This document shows positions 28,198 to 37,381 of a stretch of DNA of 64,000 bases, in pieces. The DNA is from Bdellovibrionota bacterium. Lineage in GTDB: Bacteria > Bdellovibrionota > UBA2428. Location: assembly GCA_044347615.1 (NCBI GenBank), contig JBIKUK010000007.1, positions 58,285-122,284 of the forward strand, in the 5' to 3' direction. The notes under the pieces are model-generated. The model was not told the DNA's origin, ran no database searches, and worked only from the letters and a program-made list of their open reading frames with translations. The translations under genes and the position numbers were made by a program. Position 1 is the first letter of the stretch; the number at the start of each line of letters is the position of its first letter.

Positions 28198-30975
28198 CTA
28201 CTTTTTGGCAAATGCCATTTCCATTATTGCAGCTTGATTTTTTTGATGGACTTTGGTGCTTCCCACGGCGGGAGCAGCGGCTGCTTTACGGCCAACGTAT
28301 GAAATTTCAATTTTTCTTCCAATTTTAGCTTCTAGATCTGAAGCAAAATCACTTCCTGATGCGCCCGTCCATTCCATGTAAATAAAGGGCCATGCTCCTT
28401 GGTTTTGCGCCTCTTCTTGAGCCCAGCGAATCTTTTTGAGATTGGGCATGCCGGCAATAAGTGAAGAAATTTCTTTGTGAGGAAGAGGGTAGAATTGCTC
28501 AAGTCTGAAAAGGGGTGTCTTGAGATTGTTCTTTTGTCTGTGTTCTAGGAGGTCGTAGTACACTTTTCCTGAGCAAAAAATGATTTCTTCCGCGTTTTTG
28601 TAATCCAATTCTGTTTCGGGAATAATTTTTTGGAAATTTCCCTCAGATAAAACTTTCATATCTGAAAAGCTTGGAGAGTAGCGAAGAAGACTCTTGGGAG
28701 TCATAATCACAAGAGGTTTGCGATAAGATCTTTTGAGTTGACGTCTTAAGGCATGAAATAAATTTCCAGGTGTACTTAAATTGCATACAGTGAGATTTCT
28801 CTCTGCACAGAGTTGCAAGAAGCGTTCAAGTCTCGCGGAAGAATGCTCCGGGCCTTGCCCTTCTTGTCCGTGAGGAAGGTAAAGTACCAATCCACTGGCT
28901 CTTTGCCATTTAATTTCACTTGAAGAAATAAATTGATCGATGATGACTTGTGCTCCGTTAGCAAAATCACCAAACTGAGCTTCCCAAATCACAAGACTTG
29001 TTGGATCAGACAGTGAGCAGCCATATTCAAAGGCCATCACAGCGGTTTCGGAGAGAGTGCTGTTGATGACGGTAAAGGGAGCTTGTTGAGGAGAAAGGTT
29101 TTTCAACGGACAAAACTTTTCACCACTTTTAGCATCACTTAAAACAGAATGACGATGTGTGAAGGTTCCTCTTTGCGCGTCTTGTCCGCTTAATCGAACA
29201 GCGTGGCCCTCTAAGAGAAGTGAGCCAAACGCAAGAGCTTCGCACGTTGCCCAATCAAGATTTTTTCCTGTTTCTAAGCTTTGCTTGCGAGTTTCCATGA
29301 ATTTGGCAACTTTAGGGTTTGGTGTGAAGCTTGAGGGCATTTCAGAAATTTTTTGAGCGATACTTTTGAGTTTCTCTTCTTTTATAAAAGTGTAATAGCC
29401 AAAAGAAGTTTCTTCGCCTTTTTTGAGAGGCTTACAATTCATCCATTTGCCCTCAAAAGAGGAAGCATGAGGCATGATATTTTCTCTTCGAGAAATTTCT
29501 TGTTCGTTTTCAAAATCTTTTTCGATATCGAGTTTTATTTTTTCAAAATCAACAGGATTTATAACTCCCGCATCCAATAATTTTTGAGCGTAGATAGTTC
29601 GAGGTGTCTGGTGATTTTTAATGGCGCTGTAGAGAAGGGGCTGAGTGAAATTAGGTTCATCACCCTCGTTGTGTCCGTGTCTTCGGTAGCAGATGATGTC
29701 AATAAAAACACTTTCGCCAAAGCGACTGCGATATTCAGCGGCAAGTTTTGCCACCCAAACAAGAGCTTCGGGATCATCGCCGTTTACGTGAAACACGGGA
29801 GCTTCTAACATTTTTGCAATGTCGGTAGCGTAAGTTGTCGAGCGAGCTTCCGTGGGGCTTGTGGTAAATCCCACTTGGTTGTTGATCACGATATGAATTG
29901 ATCCACCCGTGCTGTAACCTTCAACTTTTGAGAAGTTGATGCTTTCATAGACAACACCTTGTCCTGCAATCGAAGCATCCCCATGAATGATGATGGGCAT
30001 GACTTTTCTTTGTCGCTCACTCAAGGGGTAGCTTTGTTGTTTCGTATAAGCAACTCCCTCTACAACAGGGCCTACGAATTCGAGATGGCTTGGGTTGTAG
30101 GCAAGTGAAAGGTGCACGGGTTTTTGCGACTTAGTGGTGATATCAGCGGAATATCCTTTGTGGTATTTGACGTCACCCGATCCAAGAAGAGAGGATTTGT
30201 CGTAGTTGTCATCAAATTCCGAAAAAATGTAACGCGGTTTTTTTTGAAAAATATTTGTGAGAACGTTCAATCGGCCTCGATGGGCCATTCCAACAACAAC
30301 TTGCTCACTTCCAAATTGAGCGGCTTCGTTGATGAGTTCATCTAAAAAAGGAATAAGGCCTTCGCCTCCTTCAAGAGAAAATCTTTTTTGAGCCACATAG
30401 CGTGTGTGAAGATAATTTTCAAAACCTTCCGTTTGGGAAATTCTTTTCAGAAGAGCTCTTCGTTCTTCGTCACTCAAGCGGACTTTGTTCTGGGTCTCTT
30501 CCATTTTTTGACTGAGCCAGTCGCGAGGTTCTTGTCTTTGAAGGTGGGTAAATTCAGCACCAATACTGCGACAATAAGTTTCTTGAAGCTGAAGTATGAT
30601 TTCTTTGAGGGTTGCATTTTTAAGGCCGATTGTTTGTCCGGCATCGAAAACTTCATTCAGGTTTTCTTCATTCAAACCAAAACGGGAAAGTTTGAGAAGG
30701 GGGTGTTCCTCGGGTGCCTCAAAAAGCGGATTTGTGTGCGCCATCAAGTGGCCTGCGTTGCGGTAAGCCGCGATTAATTCCCCGACCTTTGATTCGAGAT
30801 AGGATTTTGACAGGGCTTCATGGGGTACTCCCTCTTGGAGAGTTTTACCGAACTCGACTCCTTCAAAAAAATGCTGCCAACTGGGTTCTAGCTTTTCAGG
30901 GTTTTTTTCAAAATCATCCCACATGGCATCTAAGTACTCGAGATTGCTGGGGTTTATGTAATTTCGCTTTTTCAC
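28198..30975 (-). CDS. sucA: 2-oxoglutarate dehydrogenase E1
   Basis: KRFSLEG, GMAHRGRLN, GDVKYH, HGDA..AGQG, WEAQFGDF, GPEHSSAR; GTG start. Confidence 0.97.
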   Translation of the reverse strand: MKKRNYINPSNLEYLDAMWDDFEKNPEKLEPSWQHFFEGVEFGKTLQEGVPHEALSKSYLESKVGELIAAYRNAGHLMAHTNPLFEAPEEHPLLKLSRFGLNEENLNEVFDAGQTIGLKNATLKEIILQLQETYCRSIGAEFTHLQRQEPRDWLSQKMEETQNKVRLSDEERRALLKRISQTEGFENYLHTRYVAQKRFSLEGGEGLIPFLDELINEAAQFGSEQVVVGMAHRGRLNVLTNIFQKKPRYIFSEFDDNYDKSSLLGSGDVKYHKGYSADITTKSQKPVHLSLAYNPSHLEFVGPVVEGVAYTKQQSYPLSERQRKVMPIIIHGDASIAGQGVVYESINFSKVEGYSTGGSIHIVINNQVGFTTSPTEARSTTYATDIAKMLEAPVFHVNGDDPEALVWVAKLAAEYRSRFGESVFIDIICYRRHGHNEGDEPNFTQPLLYSAIKNHQTPRTIYAQKLLDAGVINPVDFEKIKLDIEKDFENEQEISRRENIMPHASSFEGKWMNCKPLKKGEETSFGYYTFIKEEKLKSIAQKISEMPSSFTPNPKVAKFMETRKQSLETGKNLDWATCEALAFGSLLLEGHAVRLSGQDAQRGTFTHRHSVLSDAKSGEKFCPLKNLSPQQAPFTVINSTLSETAVMAFEYGCSLSDPTSLVIWEAQFGDFANGAQVIIDQFISSSEIKWQRASGLVLYLPHGQEGQGPEHSSARLERFLQLCAERNLTVCNLSTPGNLFHALRRQLKRSYRKPLVIMTPKSLLRYSPSFSDMKVLSEGNFQKIIPETELDYKNAEEIIFCSGKVYYDLLEHRQKNNLKTPLFRLEQFYPLPHKEISSLIAGMPNLKKIRWAQEEAQNQGAWPFIYMEWTGASGSDFASDLEAKIGRKIEISYVGRKAAAAPAVGSTKVHQKNQAAIMEMAFAKK

Positions 30976-31017
30976 ACCTAAGCACCACTTTAAACCAGCT
31001 TTAGGAAGACTATCAAC

Positions 31018-31046
31018 TCAAAGAAAAGGCATTTTTACCGATTAAC
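31018..31046 (+). promoter_or_regulatory. Candidate sigma-28 (FliA)-type promoter
   Basis: TCAA-15 nt-ACCGATTA, 10 nt before GTG 31055; core CCGATTAAC identical to the one before gmd. Confidence 0.4.
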
Positions 31047-31054
31047 ATAGATAA

Positions 31055-32359
31055 GTGTATTCACATATTTTGCCCTTTTTTCAGAGTTTTGTGGCTTTAT
31101 ACTTATTTTTTATAACTTCAATTGGGCATGGGAATATTCCCAAAGGACATAACGAGCGTTTAGTAGATGAAAAAGTTACAGAAATATTCGGAGAGAATTC
31201 CTCTGAGGTAAAAGCACTCTCTTTTAAGTCTGGATCTCTAAAAGACTTAAATAAAGAATTTGATGAATTGGTCAAAAAATCAATTGATGATGACAGAACT
31301 TGTTTGAAGGTTGTCACAGGGAATGATGGAGAAAAAAAACTTGGTGAAATTGAGAAAAAATTTGGAGTAGGTGGCAATGTTTCTGAAAACAAGGATTTTA
31401 AAGTTAAAGATTATCCTACTTTTATGGCTCGAAACTTTTTAAACATGCTTTGTCAGAATAGAGAGATTGTATCAAGTGATAAGATGAGAAGCGAATTTAC
31501 AAAAAATCTAAAAGAAATTCATCCTTATAAGAGAACTTTTGTTAATACTGTTGATAAAACAAACGACGCTTTATCTGAAAAGGGATTTTGGGAGCCCCTT
31601 GATAACATACCTGAACTTTCGAAACTGAGTCTTAGTGAGAATGGAATTCATAATCTTATTTATGGCCAAGCATTGGTTTATTCTCTTGTTATACGAGAAA
31701 GTAATTCTAAGCTTTTAACTTTGGATACGGAAAGGTTCAAAGATTTTCTTGCGGGAGAATCCAGAAAAACTGCTTTTCAACAAAAAGTTGGATTATGTCA
31801 TCAGTCCGCTAACTCTCTAGGCACACGCTATGATTTACAAACAAAATCTCCATCGAATACTATTTTTCCTTTTGCCATGGATTTATTGAAAAAATATATC
31901 AAGAAAGCAAGGTATTTAGCGGAAGATAAAAGCCCTAGAGCTCATAAGAGATTTAGTGATTTTTGTGGAACCTCAAATTTCGATCAAAGATATAAAGAAA
32001 AAAAAATAGACCCTAAGGAATCACTTCGATTAATTTTATCTTCAACTTCAGAGTTTAAAAAGAAATATTCAAGCGCAAAGCAATTGGTAACTTGCGATGA
32101 AATTCTTGAGGATGGCGTAAGCAGTTATGATGCGGGAAATGTTCATAGCTGTTACATGGCTCTTCAAGAATTTTGTCCCAATTATAGTGTGGCGCATGCA
32201 AATTTAGTTGTTAGGGGAATTCGAAAAAACAATGGTCCTTTACATAGGACAAGCTTGGGAGTGAGGCCTGCTTGCCATAAGCTTTTTTACAGTATTTATG
32301 ATCGAGTTAATAAAGGAGAAGATTTATGCAGATTAGCAGAAGATTTTTCATTGCAGTGA
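31055..32359 (+). CDS. Secreted hypothetical protein, possible lysozyme-like/transglycosylase fold
   Basis: Signal-like N-terminus; LVYSLVIRES followed by VGLCHQS, resembling the ES...GLxQ motifs of lysozyme-fold enzymes; several Cys. Confidence 0.6.
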   Translation: MYSHILPFFQSFVALYLFFITSIGHGNIPKGHNERLVDEKVTEIFGENSSEVKALSFKSGSLKDLNKEFDELVKKSIDDDRTCLKVVTGNDGEKKLGEIEKKFGVGGNVSENKDFKVKDYPTFMARNFLNMLCQNREIVSSDKMRSEFTKNLKEIHPYKRTFVNTVDKTNDALSEKGFWEPLDNIPELSKLSLSENGIHNLIYGQALVYSLVIRESNSKLLTLDTERFKDFLAGESRKTAFQQKVGLCHQSANSLGTRYDLQTKSPSNTIFPFAMDLLKKYIKKARYLAEDKSPRAHKRFSDFCGTSNFDQRYKEKKIDPKESLRLILSSTSEFKKKYSSAKQLVTCDEILEDGVSSYDAGNVHSCYMALQEFCPNYSVAHANLVVRGIRKNNGPLHRTSLGVRPACHKLFYSIYDRVNKGEDLCRLAEDFSLQ

Positions 32360-33069
32360 GTTTATGTTTTACGAATTTTTCCTTTTCAGAAAATGAATCT
32401 TTTTTACTTAAAGAGACTTCTTTTAAGGAAGAGGCTTATGAAAAAAAGAGTACAAAGACAGTTGAAGGCTTGAGCCCTCAACTTTGTGAGGCCGACTTTG
32501 TAGGATATATAATGGGATCTCTTTTGAGATTGGCGCGAGAAAATCTCACTCAACTCACAGTTCGTTGGAAGCATGGGTTATTTTATGAATTAGAGACTCG
32601 TTCCTCGTCTGTAAATTTAAAAAAAACAAATGGAAGCTTAGTTGAAGTTATTTCGGATAAGGATTTTCTTTCTATTGCCCTGAAGGAAGAAGCGCGATAT
32701 GTAGAAAAAATTGCCTCTAAGAAATTGTCGAAAAACTTAGCTCAGGTTTTTCAAAATAAAAAAACTTTTGAATTTCAGGGCTCTTTTAAGGAATCTGGAA
32801 AGATTGTAGATGTTTACAAGTGGAATATCCAAAGAGCGGATTTTGTTTTTTCTTATGGTTTAGTCGTTCCTACTTTGAATAATAGAGATATGAGTAACGT
32901 CTATCGTCCCCTCATTCCTCACTGTTCAGAGGAAAAAATAAAAGATTTTAAAAAAAATTTTAAGCCATTAAAGCTTTTATGGTCTACTGCAGGGGTTCCC
33001 TCGGCTGAGCAGGGGGCTGTTGTCTTTAACTTGCTTCGTTCTGAGATTCCTGAATCGTCCAAAAAATGA
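32326..33069 (+). CDS. Hypothetical protein, probably exported
   Basis: 247-aa ORF overlapping the previous stop by 34 nt; signal-like N-terminus; no motif recognised. Confidence 0.55.
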   Translation: MQISRRFFIAVSLCFTNFSFSENESFLLKETSFKEEAYEKKSTKTVEGLSPQLCEADFVGYIMGSLLRLARENLTQLTVRWKHGLFYELETRSSSVNLKKTNGSLVEVISDKDFLSIALKEEARYVEKIASKKLSKNLAQVFQNKKTFEFQGSFKESGKIVDVYKWNIQRADFVFSYGLVVPTLNNRDMSNVYRPLIPHCSEEKIKDFKKNFKPLKLLWSTAGVPSAEQGAVVFNLLRSEIPESSKK

Positions 33070-33177
33070 CATAATTTACGATAATTCTTGATAATTTCTT
33101 AAGATTCTCATGAGAGTCCTCATTCCGTTAGGACATGATCTGCTTAATAGATCGTCAAATTAAAAATGGTTAATTTT

Positions 33178-33206
33178 TAAAGGAAATTATTTTTTCTCCG
33201 ATTAAC
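33178..33206 (+). promoter_or_regulatory. Candidate sigma-28 (FliA)-type promoter of gmd
   Basis: TAAA-15 nt-TCCGATTA (consensus TAAA-N15-GCCGATAA), 7 nt before ATG 33212. Confidence 0.45.
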
Positions 33207-33211
33207 TAATC

Positions 33212-34222
33212 ATGAAAACTGCATTAATCACTGGTATTGCTGGTCAAGATGGTTCGTATCTGTCAGAACTTTTGTTATCTAAAGGTTATGTTGTTCATGG
33301 TATTGAAAGATGGAGTCGTTTAAATCAATCGGAACGTAAAGATGAGCAAAATAAATTTAAATTAGATGAAAGAATCACTCTTCACAATGGAGATATGACT
33401 GATAGTGCTTCATTGCATCGAATTTTAGAAAAAAGTGAGCCCGATGAAATTTATAATCTTGCAGCTCAAAGCCATGTCGGAGCAAGTTTTGATATACCTG
33501 AGTATACCGGTAATGTTACAGGTCTTGGTTGTACAAGAATTCTTGATGCGATTTGTAGGGTTAATCCAAAAATTAGGTTTTATCAGGCATCTAGTTCTGA
33601 AATGTTTGGTAAAGTTGTATGTTCTCCACAGTGTGAAAAAACTCCTTTTTACCCTCGAAGTCCTTATGGGGTTGCGAAACTTTACGCTCATTGGATTACT
33701 ATAAACTATAGGGAGTCGTATGGGGTACACGCAAGCAATGGAATATTGTTTAATCATGAATCGCCCAGAAGAGGTGAGTCTTTTGTGACAAGAAAAATTA
33801 CCAAAGGTATAGCTAACATTTTAGCTGGAAAACAAAAGGAAATCTTTCTGGGAAACATAGAGGCTAAGAGAGACTGGGGTCATGCGAAGGATTACGTAGA
33901 AGCAATGTGGCTTATGCTACAGCAAGATGTGCCAGATGATTATGTCGTGGCTACTAATGAAACTCACTCTGTACGAGAGTTTCTTGAGGAGTCTTTTGGG
34001 TTGGTTAATCTTGACTGGAGAAAGTATGTAAAAACAAGTCCAGACATGCTTAGACCTGCTGAGGTAGACTTGCTTTTAGGTGATTCATCGAAAGCAAGAA
34101 AAGTTTTGGGCTGGAAACCGAAATATGACTTTAAAGGCTTGGTAAAAGATATGGTTCTAAGTGATTTATCATCAGTTGGGATTGTTGAATATAAAGAAAC
34201 ATTACAACGAAAAGCAGCTTAA
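33212..34222 (+). CDS. gmd: GDP-mannose 4,6-dehydratase
   Basis: [55 protein letters not shown]. Confidence 0.97.
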   Translation: MKTALITGIAGQDGSYLSELLLSKGYVVHGIERWSRLNQSERKDEQNKFKLDERITLHNGDMTDSASLHRILEKSEPDEIYNLAAQSHVGASFDIPEYTGNVTGLGCTRILDAICRVNPKIRFYQASSSEMFGKVVCSPQCEKTPFYPRSPYGVAKLYAHWITINYRESYGVHASNGILFNHESPRRGESFVTRKITKGIANILAGKQKEIFLGNIEAKRDWGHAKDYVEAMWLMLQQDVPDDYVVATNETHSVREFLEESFGLVNLDWRKYVKTSPDMLRPAEVDLLLGDSSKARKVLGWKPKYDFKGLVKDMVLSDLSSVGIVEYKETLQRKAA

Positions 34223-35346
34223 AAAAGTGAATTATATAATTCGATGTATGTGGCTACCATCTTTTTGTTTGTAAAGTTATCGATGAACTTTTTACGTGAA
34301 TTATTTCCAAAAAAAATAATTTTTTTGGGATTTGAAATGAGGTCGTTAATTTTTTTTGCAAGATCTAATTCATTTCCCGCTTCATGATGAAGCCCGGTTA
34401 ATTCGTGGGTGTTAATATCGCAAATGCTAGGAATTTTGTTGCTTGTAATAAGAGGAAGGCTGAATGCCATTGCCTCAAGTAGGACAATTCCAAAAGATTC
34501 GCCTCTAGAATAAGAGGGAAATACAAATAACAAAGCTTTTTTGAAGTAAGAATAAAACATACTTTTGGAGGTAATAGCAGGTATGAAAATAATTTTATTA
34601 CTTAAGTTAAGCGATTTGCTTAGTTCTTTCAGAAACATTTCTTCTGGCCCGCTCCCTAGAATAACAAGTTTTTTTTCAACGTAGGACATGGCGCGTATAA
34701 GAGTGTCTATGTTCTTGTATTTTACAAGTCTTCCTACAAAAAGAATGTGTTCTTTATCTGAAAGGGTAATCTCATGTGGAGAGCGTTCGTTTTTGGGTAA
34801 TGTTTCTTGTGGATCATATATACCGTAGGGAATTGCTGAATGTTTTTTTGAAAAAGGATATAAAGTGGGAAATATTTCATCAAAATAACTTGAGGCTGAA
34901 ACAATCTTGTCGCAACGAGAGAGAAATATGTTTAAAATTGGCTTATAAAAGTAACTCAAGATTTTTTCTTTCAAGCCTGAATTAGGTAAATCGTGGTGAA
35001 ATGTAACAATTTTTTTTATATTTTTTTTTAAAAACAGTGAAAAAAATTCGGCAATTGGATTGAGACTGTGAAAGTGTATTAAGTCAAAATTTTTGTAGAT
35101 TTTGAAAAGTCTTAAAATGTATCTTGGAGAAATTGGCTGGGAAAATATTGTGAAGAGTACAGCTTCTCGATAAATTTTTACACCATTTATTGTTTCATTG
35201 TAGCTTCTATTATCCATCGAATAACTTAAAACTTCTACGGTGAAACCTCTTTTTGTGAGTTCTTCTGAGATGTTTTGAGTAAAAACTTCTATTCCGCCAA
35301 AGTATGGGGGGTAGTATTTTCCAACGTGTAGAATCTTGTTTGTCAC
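34219..35346 (-). CDS. Glycosyltransferase family 4
   Basis: [36 protein letters not shown]. Confidence 0.92.
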   Translation of the reverse strand: MTNKILHVGKYYPPYFGGIEVFTQNISEELTKRGFTVEVLSYSMDNRSYNETINGVKIYREAVLFTIFSQPISPRYILRLFKIYKNFDLIHFHSLNPIAEFFSLFLKKNIKKIVTFHHDLPNSGLKEKILSYFYKPILNIFLSRCDKIVSASSYFDEIFPTLYPFSKKHSAIPYGIYDPQETLPKNERSPHEITLSDKEHILFVGRLVKYKNIDTLIRAMSYVEKKLVILGSGPEEMFLKELSKSLNLSNKIIFIPAITSKSMFYSYFKKALLFVFPSYSRGESFGIVLLEAMAFSLPLITSNKIPSICDINTHELTGLHHEAGNELDLAKKINDLISNPKKIIFFGNNSRKKFIDNFTNKKMVATYIELYNSLF

Positions 35347-35475
35347 TTATTTTATTTTAATTTTTATTTATCAACTCACATACGTCTAAAATATGACTTG
35401 TTGTTTTGTGTATAATTTTTCCTAATTTCAAGAATTTGACACCTTTCTTTTTTCAATTCTGTTGAAATAGAGGAT

Positions 35476-37320
35476 GTGGGGGATCGTGTGAAAAAAAGTC
35501 TCTTCGTTGCTTTGTTTTTAAGCCAATTTCTAATTCATGGATCGTTTGCTTCTTTAGGTTCAGAACTTGAAGGAACTCTCGCAGCCTGTAAGTACGGAGA
35601 AAATCGTCCCTCTCTACCTTTCTCAGATTTTAAAGATGGTGCAACAAGAGAGGTTTCAAGTGCTTTAAATTCAAAGTGGAAAAAGCTTCCCTCGTCCGAA
35701 ATTGATTTTGACTCTTTTCAAAAAGCACCTGATCGTTATGAGTATAGAAGTGCTTTGTGTGAAGAAGCTCTTCAGCGTGCAATCAAAAAAAAACTAGGTT
35801 CTTCGTCGGCAAATGTTGTTCTCAGAAATCGCTGTTCTGCTCTTAATCAAGATCGAGGATATCGTGATGAATTAAGGGGTTCTGGAAATTCTTGGGTTCA
35901 ATCTCATTCTGATAGTGTTTCTCGTACAGATGCTGAGGGCTATTGGTGCGAAGGTGATCAGGCTGATTCCACTGAGCTCATTCAAATTGCTTGTGCGGCA
36001 CTAAAAGCAAATCGTGATTTAAGAAATGAAGAGAGTAAAAGCTATCAGGCGGCTCTTAAAAACTTAAAAAAGAATTGTTCTTCGGTATCACAACCTTCTC
36101 GCGGAATTGCTTCTCGCGATGAGCTTGATGAGGATTCCGATGAAGACGAGGAGCCTGTTTATCAGGGCCGACCTGTTCCCAGAGCTCTTCCAGGTGACAT
36201 GAACGTGCCCGTTATTCAACGGATTGTGAGTGTTCCATTTAATCCGCCTCATCCAGGTTGTGCTCAGGGAGCGGCCCGCGCTTTAGTGATTAATCCTCCG
36301 GGTGGAGCGCTGTATACAGTAGCCAATGCGGCGGTAGCTGGTTTGGGAGCGGTGTTGAGTTATAAAGGCGCGCGCCATGCCGATGATTTGCGCTACAAGG
36401 TAGCTCAATCAACGATTGATGCTTACAAGGCAGTTGGAGCGGTGCCTGATCTTTATGCAGGTCGGATGTTTTGGGGGCAGGGTGGTGTTTATCCTTTTGG
36501 TGGTGGTCCAATAAGAGGTGGAGTATGCGGAGCGCCTCCTTTTAATACAGCGTTTACAGGATGTATGGGCGGCATGCCTGGACAATTTCCTGTTGGTCCT
36601 GGAGGAATCCATGGCAATGGATTTTTCCCTGGGGGCGGCTGCGGCGGTATAGGTGGCGGATTGCCTGGTGGTTTTCCGGGTGGCGGAATGGTGCCCGGAG
36701 GGCGTCCTTGCGGTAATCCTTGGGGAATGGGACCGAATCCCTATGGCGCAAATCCCTACCTGAATAATCCTGCAATGATGGGTCGTCCGAGTGCAGTTAC
36801 GGGACCAGTTAATCCTTTCCTTCTGGATCAAGAGCGTCAGCGGTTACAAGATTTGCAAAATCAAATTGCAAGACAACGTAATCAAGTGAATCAGTTAAAC
36901 AATCTTAATAATCAACTCATGTCTTTGGATCAAAATCGTGGTCAACTTCTTAATCGCTTACAGGGATATAACGGATTGCTTTCGAATTTAAACGGCCCAG
37001 GTGGTTTTAACGGAAATCCTGGCGTTTTTAATCCATATGGTGGAATGGGCCCTGGTGTGGGTGGCTTTCCTGGTAGAATCCCAGGGGGTGGAGTGGGCCC
37101 TGGTATGGGCGGCTTCCCAGGTGGGATTCCTGGTGGAGGCATGGGCGGTGGAATGATGGGTGGCGGTTGTGCATCGATAGCTTGCTATCCAGGCAATCCT
37201 GGCGCTTACTATGCGCCCCCTATGATATATGGAAATTCAGGTTTTGGCGGGACTAACTTTGGATTCCCGAATCGAAATAATTTTTCTTTTGGAATAAATT
37301 ATAGTGATTCTCGTTTTTAA
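35476..37320 (+). CDS. Secreted Gly/Pro-rich low-complexity protein with central Gln/Asn coiled coil
   Basis: Signal peptide, Cys-containing N domain, hydrophobic helix ANAAVAGLGAVL, GGMGPG/GGFPG repeats, QERQRLQDLQNQIARQRNQVNQLNNLNNQL. Confidence 0.7.
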   Translation: MGDRVKKSLFVALFLSQFLIHGSFASLGSELEGTLAACKYGENRPSLPFSDFKDGATREVSSALNSKWKKLPSSEIDFDSFQKAPDRYEYRSALCEEALQRAIKKKLGSSSANVVLRNRCSALNQDRGYRDELRGSGNSWVQSHSDSVSRTDAEGYWCEGDQADSTELIQIACAALKANRDLRNEESKSYQAALKNLKKNCSSVSQPSRGIASRDELDEDSDEDEEPVYQGRPVPRALPGDMNVPVIQRIVSVPFNPPHPGCAQGAARALVINPPGGALYTVANAAVAGLGAVLSYKGARHADDLRYKVAQSTIDAYKAVGAVPDLYAGRMFWGQGGVYPFGGGPIRGGVCGAPPFNTAFTGCMGGMPGQFPVGPGGIHGNGFFPGGGCGGIGGGLPGGFPGGGMVPGGRPCGNPWGMGPNPYGANPYLNNPAMMGRPSAVTGPVNPFLLDQERQRLQDLQNQIARQRNQVNQLNNLNNQLMSLDQNRGQLLNRLQGYNGLLSNLNGPGGFNGNPGVFNPYGGMGPGVGGFPGRIPGGGVGPGMGGFPGGIPGGGMGGGMMGGGCASIACYPGNPGAYYAPPMIYGNSGFGGTNFGFPNRNNFSFGINYSDSRF

Positions 37321-37381
37321 AGATTTTTTTTAAATTTTACGAAGCTTGCTCGGTTTTAAAGTTGTCGCTAAAAGAAAATGA

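Noticed and set aside
29780-29795. parS-like TGTTTCACGTAAACGG on the minus strand
   Set aside because: Only 12/16, and it encodes the conserved VFHVN motif of SucA.
35437-35455. Sigma-54 promoter for the Gly-rich gene (TGACACCTTTCTTTT)
   Set aside because: Lacks both invariant GG and GC dinucleotides.
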